IMG/VR virus record: IMGVR_UViG_3300017971_000185
Coordinates: 186,001-250,000 of that record
Direction: 5' to 3' (one strand)
DNA length: 64,000 nucleotides
Shown here: in pieces, positions 30,295-38,810 of the stretch
Layout of the letters: every line of letters starts with the position of its first letter
Position numbering within the stretch: position 1 is the first letter of the stretch
Position numbers and translations under genes: made by a program
The notes under the pieces: generated by a model
What the model was told of the DNA's origin: nothing
The model's input: the letters and a program-made list of their open reading frames with translations, nothing else
Databases searched by the model: none

Positions 30295-30635
30295 TGTTGA
30301 CGCTTGAGAAAATGCTCGATGGTGTTTCTGAGAAGGTGCGGGAGCAGATCGAGAAGGAAATCGCGGAAGCGGTTGCTCGTGCCAAGTCCGACTTGGCGTT
30401 TCTCGTTGCAGAGGAGTTTGGACGAGTCGGCTTGCGAAACGCGGACCTTGGTCCCTTGAAAGGACTCATCGAGGACGCCGCCTTATCAGCCGCAAAGATC
30501 GTCGTTGGGTTGCTTGGAGTCGAGTATGCTCATCGCGCTAGTGAAGCCTCGGACAACATGATCCGAGGAACGCTTGCGGGAGTTGCCCTTGGCGCTCAGG
30601 AAGAGGAAGAGGAAGAGGAGCGCGCTTCAAGGTGA
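30294..30635 (+). CDS. Hypothetical protein
   Basis: TGATG coupling with the upstream gene. Helical, with a poly-Glu tail. Confidence 0.65.
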   Translation: MLTLEKMLDGVSEKVREQIEKEIAEAVARAKSDLAFLVAEEFGRVGLRNADLGPLKGLIEDAALSAAKIVVGLLGVEYAHRASEASDNMIRGTLAGVALGAQEEEEEEERASR

Positions 30636-30803
30636 AAGGATGGCTACCCAATCTACTGCCCAAGGTGCGGTTCTAAGAAGGTTGTTTACGAGCAAGGACG
30701 TTGGTGGTGCAACTCGTGCAACTACGATTGGCACGACCCAGACGACGGCCCAGACGACGACCCGGAACCACCCGATTTCCCCGACCCGAGTGGGCCGTAC
30801 TGA
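30636..30803 (+). CDS. Zinc-ribbon coding frame lacking an in-frame start codon
   Basis: KDGYPIYCPRCGSKKVVYEQGRWWCNSCNYDW... in frame directly after the TGA of 30294-30635. Not in the ORF track. Confidence 0.5.
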   Translation, partial: KDGYPIYCPRCGSKKVVYEQGRWWCNSCNYDWHDPDDGPDDDPEPPDFPDPSGPY

Positions 30804-30815
30804 AAGGGGATAGCG

Positions 30816-31568
30816 ATGCGCGACGATTACCGAGTTGACATTCCCGAAGGTGAATCCGGCGATTGGTCCGTCAAACGCTTCACGGTCAGCAAACAAGAAG
30901 CGGAATTAGAGCGACTCAGAGCGGTGTTCTCGTTCGGCGGAGGGGGCCGTGGTGTTCCAGAAGGAACGTACACAGGTCTGTATCACGGGAAGTCGGTGAT
31001 CATGAGCGACACGCCGCACGAGATCCGAGACCATCTGGGGTTCATTCTGCGAGCCGAAGGACGGGTTCTGATTCATGGGCTTGGGCTCGGGATGTGTGCG
31101 GCGGCGGTTCTCAAGAAGGAGGAAGTCACTCACGTCACGGTGATCGAAAAGAGCCCGGATGTGATCAAGCTGGTTGGTGAGTCTATGGTGACTCTCGCGA
31201 AGGAGAAGATCGAGAGTGGCGCGTCTCAGGTTGGCACGATGCCTTCTATCATACGTGCCGAGAATGAAGCTGGCGAGATCACCAGCATCCACGTCTATGC
31301 CAGCGATGGTGAGAATGCCATTGCAAAACAGGCGACCCTGGTCATCAAGTTGGACGATTGCTTCACCTGGAAGCCTCCCAAGGGCGAGCGGTGGAACGTC
31401 GTGTGGCACGATGTATGGGATACCATCTGTACGGACAACCTGCCGGAGATGTCGAAGATGCACAGACGGTTCGGCCGACGATGTGACTGGCAGGGATCTT
31501 GGTGTAGAGAACGTCTGTTGTTCGAGCGTCGCAGAGAACAGCGAGATCCTTGGCAGAGCGGTTGGTGA
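30816..31568 (+). CDS. Class I SAM-dependent methyltransferase (spermidine-synthase-like)
   Basis: VLIHGLGLG (motif I), VTVIEKSPDVI (motif II), WNVVWHD (motif IV). Confidence 0.78.
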   Translation: MRDDYRVDIPEGESGDWSVKRFTVSKQEAELERLRAVFSFGGGGRGVPEGTYTGLYHGKSVIMSDTPHEIRDHLGFILRAEGRVLIHGLGLGMCAAAVLKKEEVTHVTVIEKSPDVIKLVGESMVTLAKEKIESGASQVGTMPSIIRAENEAGEITSIHVYASDGENAIAKQATLVIKLDDCFTWKPPKGERWNVVWHDVWDTICTDNLPEMSKMHRRFGRRCDWQGSWCRERLLFERRREQRDPWQSGW

Positions 31569-31957
31569 TGATTCACTGTCTGGACGATAGCGGTCATCCG
31601 ATCACGGTGCTCGATCTGTGTGACTTGCCTCTGGAGGAGGCGCAAGATCATCTCATCGCGCTCCATGCTGAGATGAAGGCGAATCCGAATTCATGGGGCT
31701 ATAGAGAAGACTGCTGCATGGAGGATGGCGTGCGCGTGATCGTTTCCGCAACAGGTGAGAAGCGCTCTCCTCTCGCAGACCAGAGGGCGTCGTATTACGG
31801 GTTGCATCCGAGTTTTGGCTTACAGACGTGTTGGTTTTGCTGGGTCTGTGACGTGATTGACGGGTTGTCTGGTATCCCGCGGATGATGTACGTTGTACGT
31901 CCAGACCCGAAGGCCAGACCCCGTAAGGTGAAACTAGATGGAAGAACGAAGCGATGA
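31568..31957 (+). CDS. Hypothetical protein
   Basis: TGATG coupling. Confidence 0.55.
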   Translation: MIHCLDDSGHPITVLDLCDLPLEEAQDHLIALHAEMKANPNSWGYREDCCMEDGVRVIVSATGEKRSPLADQRASYYGLHPSFGLQTCWFCWVCDVIDGLSGIPRMMYVVRPDPKARPRKVKLDGRTKR

Positions 31958-32352
31958 GATCAAGAATCGCACTGGCAGTTCTTGTCGCAGCTTGTTCTGC
32001 TGAAGTCGGTCCCGATCCCGAGTTGTCGGATGAAGCGCAGGCGGTCCTGCAAAAGCATGGCGGTTCGTTGGCATGGCATCCTGACGTGGGTCAGTGGGAA
32101 TACAGGCCCACTTCGGATTGCGGATGGGGCCTCGATCAGTACGACAAGTCAGCATCGATCGCGGTGATTCTCGCGGGGACACAAGCTGACAACAAATGCA
32201 GGATTTGTGGTCCCGTGCGTCGAGGTCGATGGGTCCATCCTGGTCCGCCTCCCAAGCTAGCCGGCTGCACCGAAGAACAGTGGGAGGAGATCGAGCGCCT
32301 CTATCACGAGACGGAGTGTAGGCTTGAACGTCATCAGGGAGGCTGTTTGTGA
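31954..32352 (+). CDS. Putative lipoprotein
   Basis: MRSRIALAVLVAA-C lipobox. Confidence 0.6.
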   Translation: MRSRIALAVLVAACSAEVGPDPELSDEAQAVLQKHGGSLAWHPDVGQWEYRPTSDCGWGLDQYDKSASIAVILAGTQADNKCRICGPVRRGRWVHPGPPPKLAGCTEEQWEEIERLYHETECRLERHQGGCL

Positions 32353-32942
32353 CCGAGCCTCGTCCCATAGGCACAGTGCTTGAGCACCCCTGTCCAGACT
32401 GCGGCGGGGAGATGGTGCTTCGTACCAGCCGCTACGGCCTGTTCTACGGGTGCAAGGCATTCCCCAAGTGTCAGGCGACGCACGGGGCTCACAAGGACGG
32501 ACGCCCCCTCGGCATTCCCGCGGACTCGGACACCAAGCGGGCTCGCATAACCGCCCACAACGTGTTCGATCGCATCTGGAAAGACAAGTACATGCGACGC
32601 GGCGATGCCTATGCCTGGATGGCTGAGCAGATGGGGATGGAGAAAGATGAGGCGCACATCGGTCGCTTCGACATGGAGCAGTGCGAGAAGCTGATCGCGA
32701 TCGTGGACGCCTACTTTGAGAGCAAGCCCAAGAAGGTGAACCCGTACAAGGGTGCTCCACTCCGCAAGATCGTTGACGTGAAGCTGGATGACAACTACCA
32801 CCGCAGCGGGTGGTACACGGCTGTCTTGGAGTGTGGCCACGAAGTCCAGCGACTAGGTTACTACCGTAAGGCTGACAAAGGGCCGCGTGGAGTCAAGACG
32901 AAACGCTGCTACTGCCTCCAGTGCCGAGAGCCTTCGGTGTGA
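32349..32942 (+). CDS. Zinc-finger protein (topoisomerase C4-like / DUF3268-like)
   Basis: CPDCGGEMVLR..FYGC..FPKC..THGAH..GRPLG.PA..R..AH..FD.IW..R.DAY.W.A....HIG.FD.EQC. Confidence 0.75.
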   Translation: MTEPRPIGTVLEHPCPDCGGEMVLRTSRYGLFYGCKAFPKCQATHGAHKDGRPLGIPADSDTKRARITAHNVFDRIWKDKYMRRGDAYAWMAEQMGMEKDEAHIGRFDMEQCEKLIAIVDAYFESKPKKVNPYKGAPLRKIVDVKLDDNYHRSGWYTAVLECGHEVQRLGYYRKADKGPRGVKTKRCYCLQCREPSV

Positions 32943-33352
32943 GTGACGACGCTGACATGGTTCTCGTCTCTCGTCTGCGGAAGCATGCCGATCCGTTCTA
33001 TGTTTTGGGATGGCCCGGAAATCCACCCACGTTGGTCGAGATCAAGCGACAAAAGCCATCGAGGTTTCGTGCCATAGCTCGACGTTCGTTTGCGACGCGA
33101 ACGCGGTACGACTACGGGCGAATTGCGTACTTTGTGCAACAACTGGAACAGGGCTGTGAGATCGAACCGATCATGGTGGATTGCTTCTGTGACGGGGGCC
33201 GCATCTATCCAGAAGCGGTAATCCTAGATGGCTGCCATCGCTTCTGCGCCCACGTTCTGCTGCGAAAACGGCGTATTCCGATCTTTTTCGGAGGCCGCGT
33301 GGATCTGCTCGAATGGCTGCGTGGTGAGCGTCGGGAGTGCCCCATGGAGTAA
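32939..33352 (+). CDS. ParB/Sulfiredoxin-like domain protein
   Basis: IEPIMVD...ILDGCHRF. GTGA coupling at 32939. Confidence 0.6.
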   Translation: MSDDADMVLVSRLRKHADPFYVLGWPGNPPTLVEIKRQKPSRFRAIARRSFATRTRYDYGRIAYFVQQLEQGCEIEPIMVDCFCDGGRIYPEAVILDGCHRFCAHVLLRKRRIPIFFGGRVDLLEWLRGERRECPME

Positions 33353-33354
33353 AG

Positions 33355-33389
33355 TATAGATCATCTATAGTCCGCTGATTTTCTTATGG
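33355..33389 (+). promoter_or_regulatory. Palindromic operator-like site plus candidate late promoter
   Basis: TATAGAT-C-ATCTATA (33355-33369) followed by TGATTTTCTTATGG (33376-33389). Confidence 0.45.
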
Positions 33390-33407
33390 GTAGTCTCTTA
33401 GTAGAGA

Positions 33408-33710
33408 ATGCCTGAATTCAACCCCATGGAGCAGCTACTCGGCTACGAGGATGCCATGCAGCCCGTTGTGGTGACGATCTCCAGCGGCGATGACGATAAG
33501 AAGCCCTTGCACGTTGGGGTTCGTATTCGGCAATGGGGATCGTATTTCCATCTGGAGCCGAAGGTGTGTTGGGTAGAGGGGACGGATGAAATGGTTGCGT
33601 GTGACGAGATGGACTACGACTTCCATGCGGTACGGCTGACAGCAGCGGTTGCCGTCGCTGACATGCTGGTGGACAACATGACCAAGAACAGGATGTTCTA
33701 CCCAAACTGA
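33408..33710 (+). CDS. Hypothetical protein
   Basis: 100-aa ORF after an AT-rich intergenic region. Confidence 0.55.
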   Translation: MPEFNPMEQLLGYEDAMQPVVVTISSGDDDKKPLHVGVRIRQWGSYFHLEPKVCWVEGTDEMVACDEMDYDFHAVRLTAAVAVADMLVDNMTKNRMFYPN

Positions 33711-33713
33711 GAC

Positions 33714-34136
33714 ATGCGAGACGCAGGAGACGTTTACGGGCTACGCAACAACCTCCAACGAGTGTTCGTGACTCTGTTGGATGGTCGTTGGCACACAGCC
33801 GAGGAGTTGCGGCGAGTTGGTGGTTCTGGTGGCCCAGCACGTGCGAGGGAGCTACGTGAAGCACGATGTGGAGGCCAGACCGTCTACTGCCGGCGCAAGG
33901 GCCCGTCCGGGTCTCGTGCGAGCAGCTATCGTCTCGATCTCGTTTCGTTGACGGACGAATGGAAAGAACGAATCCTCGCGAATGACCTGTCTTCCCGGCG
34001 AAAGCGGCAGGAGAAAACGTGTCCTGCCTGCAAAGGTCGAGGCAAGGTGTCGTTGACATTCCAGTACGAGCCAGCCAGCGACAAGCCGATCGATCCGACC
34101 CGCTGGAATGCCGTCTTTGACGAGTTTGTGGGATAG
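33714..34136 (+). CDS. Winged-helix DNA-binding protein with C-terminal CxxC motif
   Basis: LLDGRWHTAEELRRVGG...ARARELR, then CPACKGRG. Confidence 0.6.
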   Translation: MRDAGDVYGLRNNLQRVFVTLLDGRWHTAEELRRVGGSGGPARARELREARCGGQTVYCRRKGPSGSRASSYRLDLVSLTDEWKERILANDLSSRRKRQEKTCPACKGRGKVSLTFQYEPASDKPIDPTRWNAVFDEFVG

Positions 34137-34140
34137 GCGA

Positions 34141-34154
34141 TAAGGAGCCTATGG
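34141..34154 (+). promoter_or_regulatory. Candidate late promoter
   Basis: TAAGGAGCCTATGG 23 nt upstream of the endolysin. The ATG it contains opens only a 5-codon ORF. Confidence 0.4.
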
Positions 34155-34177
34155 GTGCCTCCTGTTAGGAGGCGACC

Positions 34178-35341
34178 GTGAAGTGGTTAATTGAGCTTCT
34201 GAGATCTCTCTTCGGTGGCAAGAAGCCTGGGGACCCGGCTCCAGCCCCGGTAGATGATGACCGCACGCCTATTCAGCCGATGGTGGCGGAAGGGGCTGAG
34301 GAATACTTGGAAGATCTGGCCAAGGAGCCAGAGCAGAAAACGCCAGCAGAGCACGGTCTCGGCCACGTCGAGCCCGTGTTCAACCACGGGGACTCGGGAC
34401 CGAAGGTCAAGGAGTTTCAACGGTTGCTGGAGCGTCTGGGGTACGAGCTGACTCGGTACGGGGCTGACGGTTTTCTGGGCGACGAGACGCTTCAGGAAGT
34501 GTGTGACTTCCAAGATGACGATCGCGAGAAAGGCGGCATTCTCAAGACCAAGGAGCACGCGCTCAAGATTCGTGGTGTGGGTCCAGATACCTACACGGCA
34601 ATCAAGCTGGAGGCAGAGAAACTGCCGAGGTTTCCGGTTCCAGAGCCCATCATCGAGCCCAAGGCTGGCGAAGAAGATGCGGAAGGGCACACGCCACCTC
34701 ACTTCTACAAGCTGTGTGGGGACGACGGGAAAGGCGTCAAGGCCAAGTACAAGCGCAAGAACGGGTGGAAGGACATCAAGGGGATCACACTGCACCAGAC
34801 GGCTTGCTTGCTTGGTGTCAAGGCCAGTCGCTACAAGAAGGTCAGCGCCCACATCGGGATTCCTCGCGACGGCAAGATCGTCCAGATGAACGGGCTCGAT
34901 TGGGTTGTCTATCACGGCCATGCCTTCAACAAGAAGGATGTAGGGATCGAGATCGATGGCCACTTTTCAGGATTAGAGTCCTATGATGAGGCAACCAAAA
35001 CCTGGACTCCAAATCTCAAGACCTACTGGAAGCCTCAGAGCCAGCCCGATCGGAAGCCGCTATCTGTCACGGATTCTCAAGTCAGAGCGACGCTGAGAGC
35101 CATTGAGTGGATCATCGAGGAAGTCAAGAAGCATGGCGGCGAAGTGGTCTATCTCCACGCACACAGGCAGTCGAGCAAGAGCCGAACGTCCGATCCTGGC
35201 GAGAAGGTGTGGCGGCTCATCGCGCTTGAGGCGAAGGAACGGTGGGGTCTCAAGGATGGCGGCGGCAGTTTCGAGATCGGTGGTTACCCCATCCCTCACG
35301 ATTGGGCGCAGGACGTGACGTACACAGCCAAGTATCGCTGA
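34178..35341 (+). CDS. Endolysin: peptidoglycan-binding domain plus N-acetylmuramoyl-L-alanine amidase (Amidase_2 type)
   Basis: GDSGPKVKEFQRLL..LGY...GADG.LG.ET (PG_binding_1). ITLHQT, SAHIGI, VYHG..N...GIEI and AHRQ...SDPG (Zn amidase). AGGAGG RBS. Confidence 0.87.
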   Translation: MKWLIELLRSLFGGKKPGDPAPAPVDDDRTPIQPMVAEGAEEYLEDLAKEPEQKTPAEHGLGHVEPVFNHGDSGPKVKEFQRLLERLGYELTRYGADGFLGDETLQEVCDFQDDDREKGGILKTKEHALKIRGVGPDTYTAIKLEAEKLPRFPVPEPIIEPKAGEEDAEGHTPPHFYKLCGDDGKGVKAKYKRKNGWKDIKGITLHQTACLLGVKASRYKKVSAHIGIPRDGKIVQMNGLDWVVYHGHAFNKKDVGIEIDGHFSGLESYDEATKTWTPNLKTYWKPQSQPDRKPLSVTDSQVRATLRAIEWIIEEVKKHGGEVVYLHAHRQSSKSRTSDPGEKVWRLIALEAKERWGLKDGGGSFEIGGYPIPHDWAQDVTYTAKYR

Positions 35342-35369
35342 GTCGAGGAGCGAGTATAGTAGACGAGCA

Positions 35370-35663
35370 ATGCCACTCTTCAAGGTAGCTCCCGAGACAT
35401 TCGGGCTCACTCCAGAGCAAGGTGAGGCTCTCTACGAGCAGTACGTCTTGGAGGAGAAAACCGTTGCCGTGGCGACGCATTTGGCGGGCAAGAAACTCGG
35501 CTGCCAGATCGCTGGAACACGAGCGGCCAAATTCATCCGTGCGAACGGTTGGACTCGGCCACGGTCGTACTACGCCAGGCGCAATCCGTTCAAGGATCTG
35601 ACTCGTGCCAACATCGAGGGCGGCAAGGCTGCGATCAAACGTCGTGGCCAGTGGGTTGACTGA
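35370..35663 (+). CDS. Hypothetical, possibly DNA-binding protein
   Basis: 97-aa basic ORF. Confidence 0.55.
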   Translation: MPLFKVAPETFGLTPEQGEALYEQYVLEEKTVAVATHLAGKKLGCQIAGTRAAKFIRANGWTRPRSYYARRNPFKDLTRANIEGGKAAIKRRGQWVD

Positions 35664-35893
35664 GCCGCGCAGCTAGCGCAGCCGGTCTCGTTGGGGCGTT
35701 TAGGGTACCCAACGTGTAACGGCCCCGGACTAAGGGCATGAGCACCCGAGTATGCACTCTTGAGCGCTGCTGCCACCATCCACGCGTTTGCCCTGCCTGC
35801 CGTTTGATCCGTGCCGTTTTTGGCGAAAGGCGCGGTTCCGTTGGTGGTTCCAAAGATCCGCGGAAGGGGCGAAAGGGGGTAGAAGATGGAGAC

Positions 35894-36256
35894 GTGTCCG
35901 CCGACCGCTTCATCTACTTCAAGAAGGGCACGACGCCGCCCACGAAGGACGAGATCGAGTCCCTTCTGCGTAACTACTTCGGCGCCGCCGCGACGGAGAT
36001 CGAGTGGAGGAGCGACCGCTTCTACGTCACTCTCCACGGACACCCATCTTTCCCCTTCGCAGAGATCGCACCCGATGTCCCAAACCCGTACAAGGGAGAG
36101 GATGAGCGGGAGCGGTGGATCGAGGTCTGGCTCGACCGGAAGGACGGCACGGTCGACGTGATGACGCGGCACATGGACCACTACACGGGCGCGCTGGCCA
36201 CCGATCTCGCGCGGACCATCGCCCGCTACTGGCGCGGCCGTCTGGAGGACGACTAG
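35894..36256 (+). CDS. Hypothetical protein (start probably GTG 35894)
   Basis: MSADRFIYF... with strong GC3 coding bias. The 5' extension in the track looks non-coding. Confidence 0.55.
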   Translation: MSADRFIYFKKGTTPPTKDEIESLLRNYFGAAATEIEWRSDRFYVTLHGHPSFPFAEIAPDVPNPYKGEDERERWIEVWLDRKDGTVDVMTRHMDHYTGALATDLARTIARYWRGRLEDD

Positions 36257-36270
36257 AGCGGAAGTGAAAC

Positions 36271-36468
36271 ATGCCACGCCCAAAAAAGAAGCCGTCGAAG
36301 GGAAAGAAAGCTGAGGAGGCCATTGCCGAAGCCGCAGATCTCCTTGAGGAGGCGTGGCTCCACGTGCAACCGAGCGACATGATCGATAACGACAAAGAAG
36401 TCGAGAGCCTACGAGAGCGCATGGAGGCGTTCGTGCGTCGCCACAAAGGGAAGAAAGCTCGGATCTGA
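36271..36468 (+). CDS. Small hypothetical protein
   Basis: Basic N-terminus and helical acidic core. Confidence 0.55.
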   Translation: MPRPKKKPSKGKKAEEAIAEAADLLEEAWLHVQPSDMIDNDKEVESLRERMEAFVRRHKGKKARI

Positions 36469-36531
36469 AAGGGAAGCGTGGCCATGGAACGCACATCTCA
36501 CGATCGCTCCCGGCGTTGGGTAGCGTAGGGC

Positions 36532-36984
36532 ATGCGGCGAGTCGTCGTTGAGAGCCCCTTCCGCACCACGGACATCAAGGTAGCTGGGCACACAATCACG
36601 ATCAAAGAGGATGACAACGTAGCGTATGCTCGGGCTTGCTTGCATGACTGCCTTCAGCGAGGCGAGTCGCCGTACGCGAGCCATCTGTTGTACACGCAGC
36701 CTGGCGTTCTTGACGATTCCGTGCCAGAGGAACGAGCGAAGGGAATCGAGGCTGGCCTGGAGTGGAAGCGGTCAGCCGATGCCTCGATTGTCTACTGCGA
36801 TCGAGGGGTCACGGCCGGGATGATTCTGGGAATCCAGCTTTCCGAGAAGATTGGCCAGCCCGTCGAGTATCGTCAATTGGGCGGCCAGTGGGCGGTCATG
36901 GAGATCGCAGCCATGAGCCTGGACGAGCTACTGGACGAGTTGAAGGTACTCGCGCATACCACGCATGGCTCTGAGAGCGCCTGA
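36532..36984 (+). CDS. Phage protein of nucleoside-deoxyribosyltransferase-like fold
   Basis: VVVESPF...YARAC..DCL.RGE.PYASHLLYTQPGVLDD..P.ER..GI.AG..W....VY.D.G...GM..GI, a widespread phage family recognised from memory. Confidence 0.65.
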   Translation: MRRVVVESPFRTTDIKVAGHTITIKEDDNVAYARACLHDCLQRGESPYASHLLYTQPGVLDDSVPEERAKGIEAGLEWKRSADASIVYCDRGVTAGMILGIQLSEKIGQPVEYRQLGGQWAVMEIAAMSLDELLDELKVLAHTTHGSESA

Positions 36985-37002
36985 GAGCCGTCACAAGGCC
37001 GC

Positions 37003-37016
37003 TATTCGGCCTATCT
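37003..37016 (+). promoter_or_regulatory. Degenerate candidate late promoter
   Basis: TATTCGGCCTATCT 17 nt upstream of the 37034-41593 operon. Confidence 0.3.
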
Positions 37017-37033
37017 GTTCCCCAGGGTGAGCC

Positions 37034-37759
37034 ATGGAACGCGTAGGCATAGGCCCTTACAGGCCCAAGAAGCGCAAGCGGCAGCGTAGGCAGCGGGGAC
37101 AGGCCAAGCAGAAGGCCAAGATGAGCTACCGCAAGCGCAAGGGTGTCCTCAAACAGAAGGCCAAGATTCGCTATCGCCAGGTACGCAAGTCGCCTGCGTT
37201 CAAGCGAAAGAAGCGCATCTACCGGAAATTCCGCACGCGCCACAGGCGGCTCGGGACGACGGAAGAGATTATGATGCATCCGGCCGTCGAGTTTATGATG
37301 ACCCTAGACGGCGAGCGTGTCGTCGCGGGACATATCACGGGAGTCGTTGCTGACACGTGGCAAGTCGAGTACGCACTTGAGGATGGCACGATCGGTTCCA
37401 TGGACATCGATGACTTCCTCGATCAAGCAGCGTTCTTCGATGACGGCGACATCGAGTTGTTGTTTCTGATTCTCGATGAGGCTTCTTCGGTGGAAGACGA
37501 CGGCGATGAGGATGTGACCGTCTTCGAGTTTGAACCTCCCGCTGAGCCATCGGCTGAGAGAGTCGTCTTGGCCTACCAAGAGCGTCACGCCTTCAACAAG
37601 GAGTCTCCGCCCGACTTGCTCGCGCAGCTTGTGAAGGTTCTCGACAAGGCGAGCACTCAGGCTGAAGGCGATGGGCGTAAAGGACTACGAGATGCCGTGG
37701 GTCGAGTCAAGGGCATCGCCAAGATCGTGGACTCCGCCTGGACGCATCGGAGGGAGTAG
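37034..37759 (+). CDS. Bipartite protein: Lys/Arg-rich N-terminus, acidic middle, tag AERVVLAY
   Basis: The first 75 aa are dominated by K/R. The D/E-rich domain follows. Confidence 0.7.
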   Translation: MERVGIGPYRPKKRKRQRRQRGQAKQKAKMSYRKRKGVLKQKAKIRYRQVRKSPAFKRKKRIYRKFRTRHRRLGTTEEIMMHPAVEFMMTLDGERVVAGHITGVVADTWQVEYALEDGTIGSMDIDDFLDQAAFFDDGDIELLFLILDEASSVEDDGDEDVTVFEFEPPAEPSAERVVLAYQERHAFNKESPPDLLAQLVKVLDKASTQAEGDGRKGLRDAVGRVKGIAKIVDSAWTHRRE

Positions 37760-37762
37760 GTT

Positions 37763-38002
37763 GTGGCGCTGCCTGCTGACGTTCGGCGGCTCTTAGCTGA
37801 GGTCGAGCGTCGGCGTCAGGCGAGACTGGAGCGTATTCGCTTCCAGAACAACAACCGTCAGTATGGTCGCTCGATCTACGGAGACTTCACCTACTATCCG
37901 AGTCAGATCGAGCCAGAGCACCATCTCAACCGGGGCATCTTGGGGCTAGACAAGATTCTCAGCGGGGTTACTCCGTGGCCTCGTTTCCCGACAATCCCAT
38001 GA
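37763..38002 (+). CDS. Small hypothetical protein
   Basis: GTG start after GGGAG. Stop overlaps the next ATG. Confidence 0.55.
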   Translation: MALPADVRRLLAEVERRRQARLERIRFQNNNRQYGRSIYGDFTYYPSQIEPEHHLNRGILGLDKILSGVTPWPRFPTIP

Positions 38003-38136
38003 GCGCGAGCGCACAACGAGTTGCTTCCCGATACCTGCAAGATGCTCGTGTGGATCACTACGAGGTCGAGAAGTGGCTTGAGGAGGCTGGGGTGAAACCG
38101 GAAATCGCTGCTCCGTCCAAGACGGACGGCCAATGA
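37999..38136 (+). CDS. 45-aa protein beginning with tag MSASAQRVASRYL
   Basis: Read by eye. ATGA overlaps at both ends. Confidence 0.65.
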   Translation: MSASAQRVASRYLQDARVDHYEVEKWLEEAGVKPEIAAPSKTDGQ

Positions 38137-38384
38137 CGCTGATGGAGCAGGGAAAGAGGGCATCCATGAAGCGAACAGCAATCGTTAAGAAGCATCCCGA
38201 ACGCGGGGTTTGGTGCCTATTCGATTCTGAGGGTAAGAAGGCGCTCAACTGTTTCAAGAATCGGTACAAGGACAAGAAGCCGCCTCAAGAGGCTATCGAG
38301 CGGGCAGAGCGCATCGTGCAATTCTACAAACACCAGGCTAAGGACATGGCGGTTCGGGTCGCAGCGAGATGGCGGGGCGAATGA
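38133..38384 (+). CDS. Small protein with phage head-associated-type motif and C-terminal RVAARW tag
   Basis: IVKK....WCLF...GKK..CF......AxERxVQFYKH resembles a short motif seen in phage head-morphogenesis genes (recalled). Confidence 0.6.
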   Translation: MTLMEQGKRASMKRTAIVKKHPERGVWCLFDSEGKKALNCFKNRYKDKKPPQEAIERAERIVQFYKHQAKDMAVRVAARWRGE

Positions 38385-38810
38385 CGGCGTCAGCACAGCG
38401 CGTGGCACATGCTCATCTTCTCCGCACGGGAGCCAAGGCTCTCAGCGGTAACGCGATTCGGTTGGAAGCAAGACATCAAGAAGGAGGCTGACCAGATCAC
38501 GAGAGAGATTCGCGATGGGTTTGTCAGGAAGAACACGATGAAGCTGAGTGCCATCGTGACCGGGAAAGGCAACCTGAAGAACATCGAAGTCCTGAGTTGG
38601 GCACGTAGCAACTTTGAAGGCGATATGCTGTTCACGTTCAAGGACGGATCGAGTTTCGAGGTACGCAACAAGACCGTGACCAAGATGTCGGTCAAGGGCC
38701 GGTGGTTCTCGCAGTACCCGACGACGTTCCACAAGGTAGTCATGCCGGACGGCAAGAAGATGCCTTCTCCGTCTGAGAAGCGCATGGTCCAGGTATTCGC
38801 GGCAGTGTGA
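38381..38810 (+). pseudogene. Frame-disrupted gene: tag-bearing start in one frame, conserved body in +1 frame
   Basis: ATG 38381 (ATGA overlap) gives MTASAQRVAHAHLLRTGAK, stop at 38491. The +1 frame (38409-38810) carries IRDGFVRKN..KGNLK..FEGD..F.F.DGS.F.V.N..FSQYPTTFH.VV.PDG. Confidence 0.55.

Noticed and set aside
30574-30813. 79-aa ORF in the track (MATQSTAQ... from ATG 30640)
   Set aside because: Low-complexity Thr-rich frame overlapping a more convincing CxxC..CxxC frame. It is kept only as an alternative.
36502-36529. Possible ninth copy of the 28-nt promoter (GCGTAGG before 36532)
   Set aside because: The upstream element (GATCGCT) and central GAWT do not match, and the site may be just an RBS region.
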